Source of the DNA: Azolla caroliniana
Lineage: Eukaryota; Plantae; Polypodiophyta
Reading direction: 5' to 3'
Length of the DNA stretch: 64,000 bases
Assembly (NCBI GenBank): GCA_043228905.1
Contig: JBHGNT010000008.1
Location: 17,236,001-17,300,000, forward strand
Of the stretch, positions 36,382 through 49,335 are shown piece after piece (the first letter of the stretch is position 1; each line of letters begins with the position of its first letter). The notes beneath the pieces are model-generated. The model did not search any database. It was not told the origin of the DNA and saw nothing but the letters and a program-made list of their open reading frames with translations. The translations under genes and the position numbers were made by a program.

Positions 36382-37399
36382 TCCTTGTGTATGTATATGT
36401 GATATATATTTATTTATTAATTTGGACGTCGATTTGTCGGTTACCACCGGCCCGTCGGATGTCGATACCGCCGGATCACCGTCTCCGTCGGATGTCGATT
36501 CCGCGGCCGCCTCGCCGGCTCCATCGAATGCCGATACCGTCGGTTACCGTCCAGTTCCGTTTTGGGTATGTATATGTGATATATATTTATTTATTAATTT
36601 GGACGTCGATTTGTCGGTCGCCACCGGTTAGCGGATGACGTTGGTTCGCCGTATGCCACCGGTTACCGCCGGCCCGTCGGATGCCGATTCTGTTGTCGCC
36701 TCGCCAGCTCCGTCGAATGCCGATACTGCCGATTATCGTCCAGTTCCGTTTTCATTGGCCAAAAGCTTTACGAGTGGCTAGGCTAGGCCACCTCCACCCT
36801 TAGTTTAAGTTACCTTGAACTCTCTATGCTCAACACATAGACACAAACATAATAGCTTTTGCTCTACCTTATATATGATGAGAGCCGTATTTGTCGTGCC
36901 TATGTGGGATATCTCACAGTTTTCTCTTTTCCTTTCACAAACTTTATGCCCTCATATCTAATAAAGTGCATTCGAAAGCTCTTGAAGACCTCAATCATTT
37001 TGTACTAAGATACTTCACTATTATGGTTTTATGTGATTCATACTCGATTTTGCACGTTTTATGTGATTTTCACACCATTGCCGAAAATCTTCACAACAAC
37101 GTCGCCAAAATCATGGGAACGCGGGTGTGCACAAGTGCACCCCCTTTTTGTACTAACTTGTGTAAGTACTAGGTGTAAGTACTAGGTGGCCTCAAACTGT
37201 TTGAGGGGTGGTTGTTTTTTTTTCCTCTTTTTTCTTAAGAAGCAGAGGACGTTGCTGAATAGCGGGAAGGAGCTCGCTCATCCATTCTCTCTAGGACCTC
37301 CACGACCAATCATTGGAAGGAACCCTCGGCTAGCGTTAGAATGAGGTCGACGAGGAGTGGCTTCTAATCGGAAGGTTCCTAAGAACGATAATGACGGAC

Positions 37400-38580
37400 G
37401 CATCATGGACAAGGGAGGAAGCGAGTCAACTCCGGAAGAGGGCGTACTGGTACTTCCTACGAAACGGAAAAATTTGGAGGCATCCGAAGAAGCGCAACGA
37501 CACGCCACTCCGGGTAGTAACGTGAATCGAGGATCAAGCAAAGCTGATATCGGAGTTCCACGAAAGCCCTTGGTTCAGGCATTGGGGTGCATGGGCCACG
37601 TTCGAGAAGCTAAAGGATAAGTATTGGTGTCCGGGAATGTATAAAGGCGTACACCACTTCGTGTTGACATGTGAGAGTTGCCATATGCACTTAGTGGTTT
37701 GGCACCGCGACGAGCTGCACCCGACTTACCCTCCAACCATACACTTCAAGTGGATGGTCGACTTGGTGACAATGTTGATGGGAGTAGGACAGATGCAATA
37801 CCTAGTGCTAGCAAATGAAGATCTGACAAACCAAGCAGAGGGCCGAGCGTTAACAAAAAAGACCATTGCGGCCGTGTGCAAGTTTCTGATTGAAGATGTC
37901 GTCTGCCAGTACGTGTGCGTAGGAAAGATAGTAGCCGAACGAGGAGAACTGGATGTGGAGGCCAAGGAATTGTTTGACCGACTAGGGGTGAAGTTGACCC
38001 TCACAACAACGTACAACGTAGAAGCAAACGGGAAGGTCGAGCAGGGTCATGGACCGATCGTAAAGGCCATAGTACGTGCATGCGAAGGACGAGTCAGCAA
38101 CTGGCCGAGACTACTCCCTTACGCGCTATGGGCGGACCGAACTACCCACAGTTCGGTGACTGGGTACATGCCTATAGAGCTCATGTTCAGGCAGAAACCC
38201 ATCATGTCGGTGGAATGAACAATTACCTCTTGGATGGCGGTCAATTGGGCCGATGAAATGAGCCGAGAAGAATTGTTGGCGGCACGCATCCGACAACTTG
38301 AGCGAAGGTCGGAAGATGTGGAACGAGCGACGAGGGTAAAAGAGGCACAGAGCATAAACAAGGCCAAGTTCGACCGGACACATCGACTCCGTCCAAAGAA
38401 GATCGAGGAAGGTGACCGAGTGTTGGTCTACGACAACAGTCTCGACAACCAGCATCGGTCTACACGTAAGTTCGCAAAATGGTGGTTCGGGCCGTACGTG
38501 GTGACTTGTGCAAATGACAACGCAACCTACCATCTTGTGGAACTCGATGGAACATGGATGACGACACCAGTAGCAGGGAA
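37400..38580 (+). pseudogene. Degenerate Gypsy integrase
   Basis: H...H..CESC zinc-binding region, catalytic core (WMVDLV..., ANGKVEQGH) and GPY/F motif (WFGPYVV...YHLVELDG); stops and frameshifts. Confidence 0.85.
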
Positions 38581-38587
38581 GTGGAGT

Positions 38588-39328
38588 TGTTACGCGTGTG
38601 CGTGTAGAAGGGCGGGACCACGGGGGTCTCGAACTAGGGAAGAGGGGAAACCGTGAAGACGATTCTCGGCGGGTTCCAGAAGCCACCGAACGGGAGAGAG
38701 AAAGAGAGAGAACGCGCGCTTGACTCCGACTCGCACCCACACACACACCCCGTCGAACCAACTCACGCCCTTATGTACAGAAACGCAGGGAAGGGAACAC
38801 CAAAACACCCATGAGACACGAGTATGCACAGATGGATACTAGTATGTATATTACAAAGGGGAAGAATACAATCCCGGCTTCGAGCCGGACCATGGTAGGG
38901 TAGGTTACAGCAGCAGTCTGCTGCCAAGTTGTCGTCCGGGGAGCTCTCGGGCTCGTAAAGCGGAGCGGGGTCTTGCACAGGAGACCTAGCAGAGACAGCC
39001 CTCAACGGTTGAACTCCCCGCCAAGAAGAAGAAGAAGAAGAAGAAGAAGAAGAAGAAGAAGAAGAAGAAGAAGAAAACTAACTCTAAACCTAATGGTATA
39101 CCCTCTAACACAAAACGGACAACCCTTTCACAAAGGGCGCTCCCTTCCTTTTATAGAACAAGGAGAGGGATGCGTTACAATGTGGGATAAATCCCGACTT
39201 ACTCTTCGGCGCCATAAAGGCGCCCTCGTTATTCACACTAAATGTACTAGGGTGAGCACACATGTTGCACCCCGCCGATGTAGCCAATGTTTCCCGGTTT
39301 CTGCCTCTGGCCGAAATTCTTCACGACA
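38588..39328. mobile_element. Gypsy-lineage LTR related to the 1335-2015 solo LTR (opposite orientation), with an internal (AAG)n tract
   Basis: The left end ..agaagggcgggaccacgggggtc is the reverse complement of ~1967-1989. The right end is tcttCACGACA. Left boundary uncertain by ~8 nt. Confidence 0.75.
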
Positions 39329-42300
39329 CCATTGCGTAACGAGAGGTCGTATTGGTGCGTAAACCGAAAGGCCGTTAGAGAGATATTCCTCGTAAGGAAT
39401 AGTTTTAGGAGTAAGTGTCAAGGCTCATTTATGAGCAGTCAAGTACTATCAGTACTTGTGTCAGCCCATTGTCAGGGCTTATATAAAAGGTGCTCACTGA
39501 GCACGGTGTATGTACAGAGTTAGTATTTTTTGAATTGAATTTCTTGTGTGTTCTCTCTCTGTCTCTCCTGTGTACTGTGTATACTCAAGCTCTCCATTGT
39601 TTTCTATTGCTTCCGCACATAATCTTTTACATGGTATCAGAGCGCGAGGGTTGAGAACCTTTGCAGCCGACATAGCTTGAAAGAAAAACCAACCAAGAAG
39701 AACATGCAAAACTGATGGATAGAGGCATGGCTAGCTCGCTTCCAACAGAGAAGCTCGACAGAAACAACTACGCGTCTTGGTCTTACAGATGCACCAGTAC
39801 CTGCTCGAACACAGTTATTGGAGCTATGTCGACGGAGCAAATGACACAGCACCCGATTCGACACACAAAGACTTCTCGGCTTGGGAACAGTCGGCGAGCA
39901 AAGTATTGTACTGCTTCGCGTCTTGTGTGGGTGAACAACTCTTGACCTATATTTGGGATGAGAAAACGCAAAAGGATGCTTGGGGAAATCTGAAGAAGAT
40001 CTTCGCCACAAGCACCACAACCAGGAAGCTTCAACTCCGATAGGAGGTGAGCAATTTACGATAACACGACTTGTCGGTGGCTGATTACACCTCGAAGATC
40101 AAACATATATGTGATTCTCTAGCCTCTATCGATGTGAACGTCGAGGAAGGCGAGATGGTGCAAATTTGTCTCAGAGGACTGGCGTCGAAGTTTGGAGCGT
40201 TCCAAACTGCTGTGTGTACACAGGAGAATACGCCGTTTTTTTTCGACTTACAGTCGATGTTCCTTATAGAGGAGAACGACGCGGGTGCGTCGACGAGCAA
40301 GCATGCCGACAGCAAGATGTTGTACACGGAGGGAGATAGGCCTTGTGGTCGTGGCGGACGAGGCGAGTCGGTGCGTAATGGAGGCGGCCGACGGGATCAA
40401 GGAAGAAGGCATGAAGTGATGCCGACATCAACTCCAGACCCTCCGGAAACAGGGGGAGTCGAGGCGACGAGAACCGACAAGGGAAATTCGTCGCGGAATG
40501 GTGGTATTGTGGCAAGAAAGGCCACAGGGAGAGCGAGTGTTGGAAAAAGCGCGCCGATTCGGAGAGAACCGTGTTCGAATCAGGTTTCAGACATACCGAC
40601 AAAGGAAATCGGCAGCGATCGCACTACGCCGAAGGATCCGAAGAAGCCGAAAAAGGGTCAATCTTTGTGATGAGACATGAAGCAAACTCGATGAAGAAGA
40701 TCACCCCGAAGTCGGAGGAGGTGTGGTATGTTGACTCCGGTGCGTCAAACCACATGACGTGCCACAAGGAGTGGTTCTCTTACTTGGAAAAACCGATGCA
40801 ACCGGGAGTAGTCGCAACCAGAGATGACACTCCGCATCCGATCGCAAATGTTGGTGAAGTTCCCTTGAGCCATGTCGGGCAGAAAGGGAAACTTATGAAC
40901 GTGCTACACGTTCCAACAATCACGAAGAATTTGGTGTTGTTCGGGCAGATCGTCGACCAAGGGATGCAAGTCCGGTTCATGCATCTCGGGTGCTTCATCG
41001 AGCAAGAAGGCCGAGTTATTGCTCAAGGGTGCAGAGACGAGAGGATGTTTATCCTCGACTCTAGTGACGGTGACACCGCAATGTTCGCGAAAGGACAAAA
41101 AGTCGAGTCGGACATCGACTTATGGCACAAGCGGATAGGTCACATCAACTATCAATGGCTTTAGGACCTACAATCGAAATATGTGGTGTTTGGATTGCCC
41201 AAATTTAGTGGTCGAAAGGCACAAATTTGTGAAGCCCGCTAACTCGGGAAGCAACATCGACTTCCCTTCCCTAACGAGCATAACCGGAGCCGGAACAAGC
41301 TCGGCCTAATACATTTCGATGTATAGGGGCCGACACAGAACGTTAGTCTTGGCGGGAGTCGATATTTCATCTCCTTCATCGACGACTATACGCGGTACAC
41401 GTGGATCTACCTTATTGAGAAGAAGGGTAAAGTCTTCGACTGTTTCCGGGACCTTAAACAGTTCGTGGAAATGGAAACAGGACGAAAGATCAAGTGCATG
41501 CGGTCGGATGGCAGAAAAGAGTACTTTTCTGGTCAATTCAACGACTATTTGCAACAGATGGGAATTCGGCACAAATTTAGTTGTAGATACAAGTCAGAGC
41601 AAAACAGCGTGGCCGAGAGGAAGAATCGATCGATTGTGGAAGCGGCGCGGGCAATGCTAGAAGAAAAGAGCTTGCCCAAGTTCTATTGGGCCGAGGAAGT
41701 GTCGGCGCATGAGTAGTATTTCGGCAAGAAGCTGAATCTGTGATACTTGAGAGTTATCGGTAGCATTGTGTATGTGCATGTGCCAAAGGAGAAACGGAGG
41801 AAGCTAGACACGAAAGCCGAGAAGAGTATCTTGGTTGGCTATTCGGACGAGCAAAAGGGTTATAAGTGTTATAACCCACACACCAAACAAGCGCGTGCGC
41901 GTAAGCCGCGACGTTGTGTTTGATGAGTCCGCGTCCTGGTACTTGCCTCCGACTCCGGACCTCACCTCCAATCCAAGTTCTGACGATGAGGTCAGCGAGG
42001 CCAAGATGCCTTCGGATGAGCCTAAAATCAGGACCCGTTGGATTAAGTCAATTCGACTAGTCCGATGGAGAGCCGGCGAGTAGTGGAGACTCAGTCGTGC
42101 ATTCCCTGCACAGGAAGCCGAGGAGACGGCTTACGCACAAGGAAAAAGGGAAGAAGAAGGTGTTGGATTACGGCACGGATAGGAACGAGTCGGATCGACG
42201 TGAGTTCGACTCCGAGGGAAGTGACGACGGGTCTTCGAGACCGAAGTCCACGTCAGCCAAGAAAGCCTCAACATCGGCTAATGAGCAATTACGCCGATAA

Positions 42301-43225
42301 ACCCGCTAGAAGAACCCTGTTATGCGGTTCGGTTATAATGAGTACATGGCGTACCATTACGCGTACATGATGCGAGTGGCGGAAGTGCGTGAGCGGGAGA
42401 GCTACGCCAAAGCGGCGAAAGACGTGAACTGGCGTGTCGAGATGGCGGAAGAGATTCGCGCATTGGCGGAAAATGCAACCTGGGACCTGGTTGACGCAGC
42501 GAAAGGTGTGAAACCGATCGGATGTAGGTGGGTGTACAAGGTCAAGTACAACACCGACGGCTCAGTCAACCGATACAAGGCCCGAGTAGTAGCGAAAGGC
42601 TATGCGCAGAAACACGGCATCGACTATGATGAGACGTTTGCGTCGTCACGAAGATGACGACCGTTCGTGTTTTGCTCGCGGTAGCTGCGGCAAAGGGATG
42701 GCACTTACATCAGATGGATGTAAAGAATGCGTTCCTACAAGGTGAGCTTGAGGAACGGGTGTACATGGTACAACCCCCCAGATTTCACTCCGGAACAAAC
42801 ACTTCGATGGTGTGCCGATTGAAGAAGTTCCTTTACGGACTAAAGCAAGCCCCGCGTGCCTGGAACGCGAAGATCACGCATTGACTACGTCGGATGGGCT
42901 TTGCGACGTCAAAATCAGACTCCTCATTGTTCATCCGGAAAGGTCAACTCGGGCCGGTTAGTATTTTACTTTATGTTGATGACTTGGTCATCACCGGCGC
43001 CGACCTAGGTGAGATTGATCGCGTGAAGCTCTAGCTCGCGGCATCATTCGACATGAAGGATTTGGGGGACCTTCATTACTTCCTCGGGATCGAAGTGATC
43101 CGCACCCCTGAAGGCATACTGATCAGCCAATGGCATTATGTATTGAGTATGCTCAAGCTCTCCATTAAACCTACGTATTTTCTGTGTGTTTGGTTTTCTA
43201 TTGCTTCCTCACAAAATCTTTTAAA
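39329..43225 (+). mobile_element. Ty1/Copia family C element, degenerate: partial 5' LTR to 39631, PBS 39632-39643, gag-pol 39715-~43150, 3' LTR tail 43152-43225
   Basis: tggtatcagagc PBS; [44 protein letters not shown] and LYVDD motifs. The LTR tail ctcaagctctccatt...cttttaca is repeated at both ends. Confidence 0.88.
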
Positions 43226-45050
43226 CTAAATTATATAGCACTATTATGGAGCAAAAGATAAGCACATGGGTTGAAAGTACAAGCAAAAGAGCACTTGGGC
43301 AAGCAGGATTTAGACCAAAACACTCTCCATTGTGGATCATTTGGTCACATTAAGGGTAATCATGGAAGAGAGTCGACTACAAGGAAAAACGTTTTATTGT
43401 TGTTTTGTTGATTTTAAGAAAGCTTTTGATACCGTACCACGAAGTGAGCTCTGGAATAGAATGGTAGAGATTTGCATGCCATTAGAGTACCGAGTTGTTG
43501 TTGCACACCTATATGAACAAGTAAAATGCCAACTAAAAATGGATAGTGGATTCTCAAAGCACTTTTTAAGTAACATGGGGGTCAAGCAAGGATGTCCACT
43601 ATCACCCACACTTTTTGGCTTATGCATTGATAAATTAGAAGAAGTGGTAAATAAGGTTGTGAGAGAAGAAGGATTGAATGCTCCCAAATTGATGCAACAT
43701 GTTATCTGATTGCTTCTATATGCTGATGATGTGGTACTCTTCTCATATGATGTTGATAGTATGCAAAATTTACTTGGGGTATTAGAAGAATTTTGCCATA
43801 GTAGTGGACTAGCAGTGAATATGGAGAAAACAAAAATGATGGTAGTGCAAACCATCTAACCTCATCATTACCCTATGCTCACATATAGAGGTGAACATAT
43901 ACAATTTGTTCAAAGCTTTAAATATCTTAGTACTGATGTACCTACCACAAATAAATGGAGTGCATGCGTTGATTCTAGGCTCCAAGCCGGTTGGAAATCG
44001 TATTACCTTTTGGAGAACCAATGCAACCAAAGTGATACTTGTGGATGGGAAGTAAAACTAATGTTGTTCAATTCCATGGTAACTCAAGTATTGCTTTATG
44101 GAGTAGGAGTATGGGTAGCACCATCTCTCTTAATGCATGGATTGAGATTGAGAAAATTCAAAAGATGTTTTTTAAGGAGGCAATTAGGAGTTAAATGCCC
44201 TACCTCTTACCAAGTTATGCTCTTGGAAACAGGTGTTCAACCCATAGAACTATTGGCACTCCAAAAGGTATATAAATACATTACAAAAGTCAAGAATATG
44301 CCGAATCATCGATTACCACATCTTGCTTGGAATGTTTGATGTAAGCTACAAAAGAATCATAAAAGTAAGATTCTCTCATCCTGTTGGGTTGTTGACATAA
44401 GGAAATGGTTTAGAAGATGGGGTTTGGATGATCTTTTAGAGCTTTCGAGCAATGTTATGCAATATGTAATGATTGAGGAAAGGTTGGTGGAATCATTAAG
44501 GATGAAGTGAGAATATGCTAAGAGGACAAAGCTAGAATACTACATTGCAAATGTCAACCCTCAATGTTGGTCTCAATATAAAGCAAGAATGCCTATTGAT
44601 CTTATCCAACCTTATCTCATTACCAATATGATTAGTAATGCTCGTAGAGCCCTTACACTACTTCGCACTCAATCTCACAAATTAGGTATTGAAGTTGCAT
44701 CATGGAATCAAAATGTAACTAATTTGAAGACATGCAAAGTATGCAACGAAGGCATGGTAGAGGATGGATGTCACTTGCTCTTCACATGCTCGACATATAG
44801 TGCAATTCGTTTCAAGATATGGTTACATACTAAGAGGGAGTGATAACTTAAGTGTCATACTTAAGACACCACTGAGAAGGTTGAGCTCATATGTGTATGC
44901 TTTATTCACACATAAAGACTTTGTGCTTCAATGTATGAATACCCCTTCTTAGGAAGGAGACACATATTGAGAATACATGTATACTTTGGTCCCATAGGTC
45001 AAAATTGGCCTCTTTATGGACGATAAAAATTCTAATTCTAATTCTAATCC
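43226..45050 (+). mobile_element. 3' piece of a LINE (RTE-like): RT, C-terminal Cys/His motif, 3' UTR and tandem-repeat tail
   Basis: QAGFR, FVDFKKAFDTV, GVKQGCPLSPTLF, LYADD, FKYL and CKVC..ED..HLLFTC motifs; tail (ttctaa)3 at ~45030-45047. The clade assignment is tentative. Confidence 0.88.
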
Positions 45051-46909
45051 TAGATGGATCTCATATTACTGATTAGGCACTACAGAGGGTAAAATAACTC
45101 TAACTCTACAGATAGATACTTATTGTTAAGTTATAATTTTAGTAGGACCAATTTTTCAACCTTATTCATTAGAACATATTAGTTTAATGTTTTTGTAATA
45201 ACGTTTTTCCTCTCCCATTAAATACTAGGAAAACAAAAGCAAAACAAATATAAAGTCACAACTTTACCCTGATAAAATATAGAAAACTAAATATGGACGT
45301 AGATTGTTTACAATTAACAAAATGCGATCATTAGGAAACTTAGGTTAGAATGCACATTCAAGATCTATAAAGAATGAACCGATTTAAAAATACATTGTAG
45401 TGAGGAACTCTTTGTATTTTTTTGCTCGGTAAGGAAACTTAAATTAAATTTAAGAAATACTAATGAATTAATTGCAAAATATGATTTGAGAAAAGACGAT
45501 GACTTCTTCACACTTTTCGTTTTCTATGTGCCCATTAATGATACTAGAGTTGCTTTCTAGTGAGAATTTGGGAGTACAAATATCATCTTATATTTTATGT
45601 GCACACAAAGAGCAAGAAAGAACATAAACAATGCAAATATATTCATTGATGAACACAGAGATACAATGAAAGATCAAACAAAATCATGCTTGGAGGAGTG
45701 CATTTGTACAAGCTCCAAAGTAGAAGCTCATTGGTTTCGGCCCATTCAAAGTTGTCCTCACTTGGGTGTTCATACTAAGATCCTAGCTACATTTTTTAAT
45801 ATGGTAGGCATATATAGGACATATGCAATGGTAGACGCATTAGAAGTGAGCTTCATTTGGCAAGACAAATTATTAATCATCATCTCCACTCATAAATGCA
45901 CTACAACGAGGGAAGATGCAATAGAGGTTGAAATAAGGTATTTTGCGCAGCTTCGACTTTTTGCAAATGTAGTTTCTAGAGAGGGATTCCTATAGAGTGA
46001 AACTTATGGATGTGCTCAATCCACATCAAAAGGACAAATTTTGGGTTATGTAGAAAAATTAAGGTCATGCTTTCAAGTGATCCTGGACAAAAACCTACAT
46101 TTGGGAGGTTGTGAACATATGAAAAAACATAGAAAAACTTAGGAAATTTGAGCCACCATAATAAAACAAGAATATGGTCCTCCTAGTCAAGGAAGATAAA
46201 GATGTGAATTTCAATAACTAGAAACAATATGCAACACAAGCGTATACAATATGCCGACAATTTAGATGTATTTGGTTTGAAGAAGATCCTTGGCAGAAAG
46301 TGGTTCAAGGGCATCTTGATCTTCTTGATGTTCATTCTCTTTTCACACTTTTGCTTACGAATAGATCCACTACTTGAATGGTCACAATGGGAGTGTCTCC
46401 CTACTAAGAATCAACCGACCAAACGGTATATTCTACCATTTGTTAAAGCCATTAGAGTGACGTGTTTATTTTACAAGGTTGTGACCTTGAAATTCAACCA
46501 AACAAATCATGTTTGGACTACGAAGTACTTAGAAACAATATTTTATGCTTGACTATTATAAAAAAGTTGCACATTAAAATAATCACGTGACATGGTATGT
46601 ATATATTTAATTCTAGAGCATATCTTAACACTATTATGTGGAAGCAACAAATAACTAATTTATATGTACAACACATCTTGCAAAATGGGGCTTTATGAGG
46701 TAGAGATTTTGTTTTTGCCCATCTATACCTGTGTAGTGAAAAAGAGATGGCATGGTGGCTAAGGAAATACATAACATTTGTATTCACCTAGCCAAAAAAA
46801 TATTGAATTACCTAATGAGCCCCTTTAAGCAAGGTGCACAGTGTCACTAAGTTATCATCACTTGTGAGGCGTCTTACTTATGTTTTTTTTATGAATGATG
46901 CACAAAACA

Positions 46910-47760
46910 AAGTATTTCACCAAATTCTTATGTATAAAGTCTTTGTAGCTGAAATCAAACTTTCACCCGTGAAGTATTCCAACTTCGAATAGTCAACATC
47001 ATAATTCATATGCGAAGTTAATGTGCGAGTTTATTGTGGTGTTGGGAACAAGTTTGACAAATTAAGTCACATTATGTTGGGGTCTTAACCATATAATGTA
47101 CCCTACTGGGGTGCATATATAGGATCAAGTATTGATGTTCTTTGCATGTGAATTACTCATAAGTTTCCTATGACAATGATGATCTTGATTGATAATGTCT
47201 CACCATTAATGTGCAGGCAAGATATCATCCATATATATGTCCATGCATTATCCTCCATTTTCATACAATACTATTGTCAACCTCGTGGATACAAAAAGGT
47301 ATGTAGTATAAATGTTACCGTGAGATGATTGGACATCTTTGAATGTAGACAAAAGGAAGTATTTCACTAAAGTCTTCTTTATAAAGTTGTTGTGGATGAA
47401 ATCAAACTTTCGTTCGTAAAGTATTCCAACTCCCAATAATCGATATCATAATTCATATAATAAGCTAATGTGAGGTGCTTACATTGGTTTTGGAAACACA
47501 TGGGGCAATTACTGACACATTACTATAACAATCTTAGCCATATAACCCCCTCTTGGGTGCATATACACAACCAAACTGTGGTCTTGTTTGCTTCTTGAAT
47601 TGCTATTTGTATGCTAATATTGTTCTTGATTGATTATATTCCATTATTAAACATGGAAGCAATATATCATCTCTCTCTATATGTGTTTGTGTGACCCTCA
47701 ATGTTTGAAGGATAGTATTGTCACACTTGTGCATGCAAAGAGGTCTGTAGCACAAAATGT
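46910..47760. repeat. Degenerate tandem duplication, period ~450 bp
   Basis: aagtatttcac...tgaaatcaaactttc...aagtattccaact...atcataattcatat occurs at ~46910 and ~47358. Confidence 0.75.
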
Positions 47761-48624
47761 TGTGAAATTCACTTTATGACATTGTTATCATAAGATGTCT
47801 AAAGAGGACTAAATGACAATTGTGGTAACTTAGCATACCTATGCATTTAAAACTCAACCATATGTTGCCATACCAATCTTTTACAAGATCGTGATAAAAC
47901 AACAATCTTAGGAATGTGTTTTCCTATCTACTTGGACATTAAAAGATGGGCAAACTCTCCAAGCTTATGACAATCAAGACTGGGTGTAGATGAAAATTTA
48001 ATAGCCCAATAGCCCACTCCTAAAGCATATGATAGTCCAAAATGGATATTGCAAAGGAGTTTTCCCTATTGGAAATTGAAAAAGGTTACCATCATTTGGT
48101 CAGTTATTAGTGGCCATTTTGCATTTTCTTCCCATGATTCCCCTCCAATCATTGTGTTGCCACTTCTAGAATTCGCAAATGCATATTTTCATTAGTAGAC
48201 ACAAGTCCTAAAAAATCTCAGTTCCATGACCTTGCAAGCAGAATCTTTGATCTGTCTATGAGACTTCAATTGAACATTTGGATTTGGGTGCAAGTATAAC
48301 AAAAGAACTCTATCTACAATATACATGAAAACTTAATATGAATGCATCATGCCTCCACAATTGCCACTTTTGGGGGGCTAGTCATTATCGATGTACCTAC
48401 ACATTCTGTTGAAGTTCATATATACATGTGCCCCCCATACCCATCTTGCACCTCGAGTTTGAAGATGTGCACGTACTTATAATCACGATTGAAGAGAACA
48501 TGCACAAAAAGTTCTATTTGAGAAACATGACCTTCCTAAGTTTACGAAGGTAATGATACACATATAGGCCTAAGCAAGGCAAGGGACAAAGAGTTGCATT
48601 ATAGAACATCGCATTTGTGCTTCA

Positions 48625-48852
48625 CCTCCTCTATGTTAACATGCGATCTGTGAAAAATAATGCGAGAGAACATTGTTGCACCCCAAAACCAATGTAGGTG
48701 TGGTCTATTGTAATGTAATGTCCTAAAGAACAACATGCTCCTCCTCTATGTTAACATGCGATCTGTGAAAAATAATGCGAGAGAACATTGTTGCACCCCA
48801 AAACCAATGTAGGTGTGGTCTATTGTAATGTAATGTCCTAAAGAACAACATG
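48625..48852. repeat. Perfect tandem duplication (113-bp unit, period 115)
   Basis: 48625-48737 is identical to 48740-48852. Confidence 0.92.
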
Positions 48853-48997
48853 GAAATCATAATGGGACAACATTGAAGGCATAATATTGAATGTGTCATG
48901 TGTGTTCTATCCTACCTAAATTACATATGCCTTCTGTATGCTTTGCCACCTTTCTCTTTGGTTAGATAGGTGTATAGCAATGTTTTGTTTACATATA

Positions 48998-49062
48998 CCA
49001 TTTACATGCCATTGTCGTAAACGCCCGCAGACAAGAGGTGCCTCGAATATGAAGTCTCAATG

Positions 49063-49131
<69 letters not shown>

Positions 49132-49335
49132 AGAGGCACAAGAAAGTTGTGAAATGAGAAACATACCCATTCTATGTGCAACAATGACTGGTAACCATTT
49201 ACATGCCATTGTCGTAAACGCCCGCAGACAAGAGATGTCTCGGATCTCAAGTCTCAATGTTACACACACACACACAAACAAACAAACAAACAAACAAACA
49301 CAAGAGAGGCTCAAGCAAGCTATGAAATGAGAAAC
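48998..49335. repeat. Imperfect duplication containing (CA)n and (CAAA)n microsatellites
   Basis: ccatttacatgccattgtcgtaaacgcccgcagacaagag...aagtctcaatgttacacac occurs twice. Confidence 0.85.

Larger units (their letters stand above)
27038..37098 (-). mobile_element. Ty3/Gypsy copy 2: 5' LTR 35900-37098, tRNA-Trp PBS ~35874-35891, gag-protease, RT N-terminus, internally deleted, partial 3' LTR 27038-~28094
   Basis: Two homologous LTRs and 4-bp TSD ACGT (27034-27037, 37099-37102). Gag knuckle CVWCDSMNHMRRDC, protease LIDHGSEIN, RT start (GILEPSNAPYSNRWFTVPKKNGSLRFIQDL). RT is fused directly to the inside of the 3' LTR at ~28095. Confidence 0.92.

Noticed and set aside
27004-39328. One outer Gypsy element bounded by 27004 and 39328
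   Set aside because: The flanking 4-mers differ (ACGC vs CCAT) and the two LTR ends look like inverted relatives, so they probably derive from separate insertions.
45597-45995. 132-aa ORF as a gene
   Set aside because: No recognisable motif or splice structure; possibly decayed TE sequence, but unsupported.
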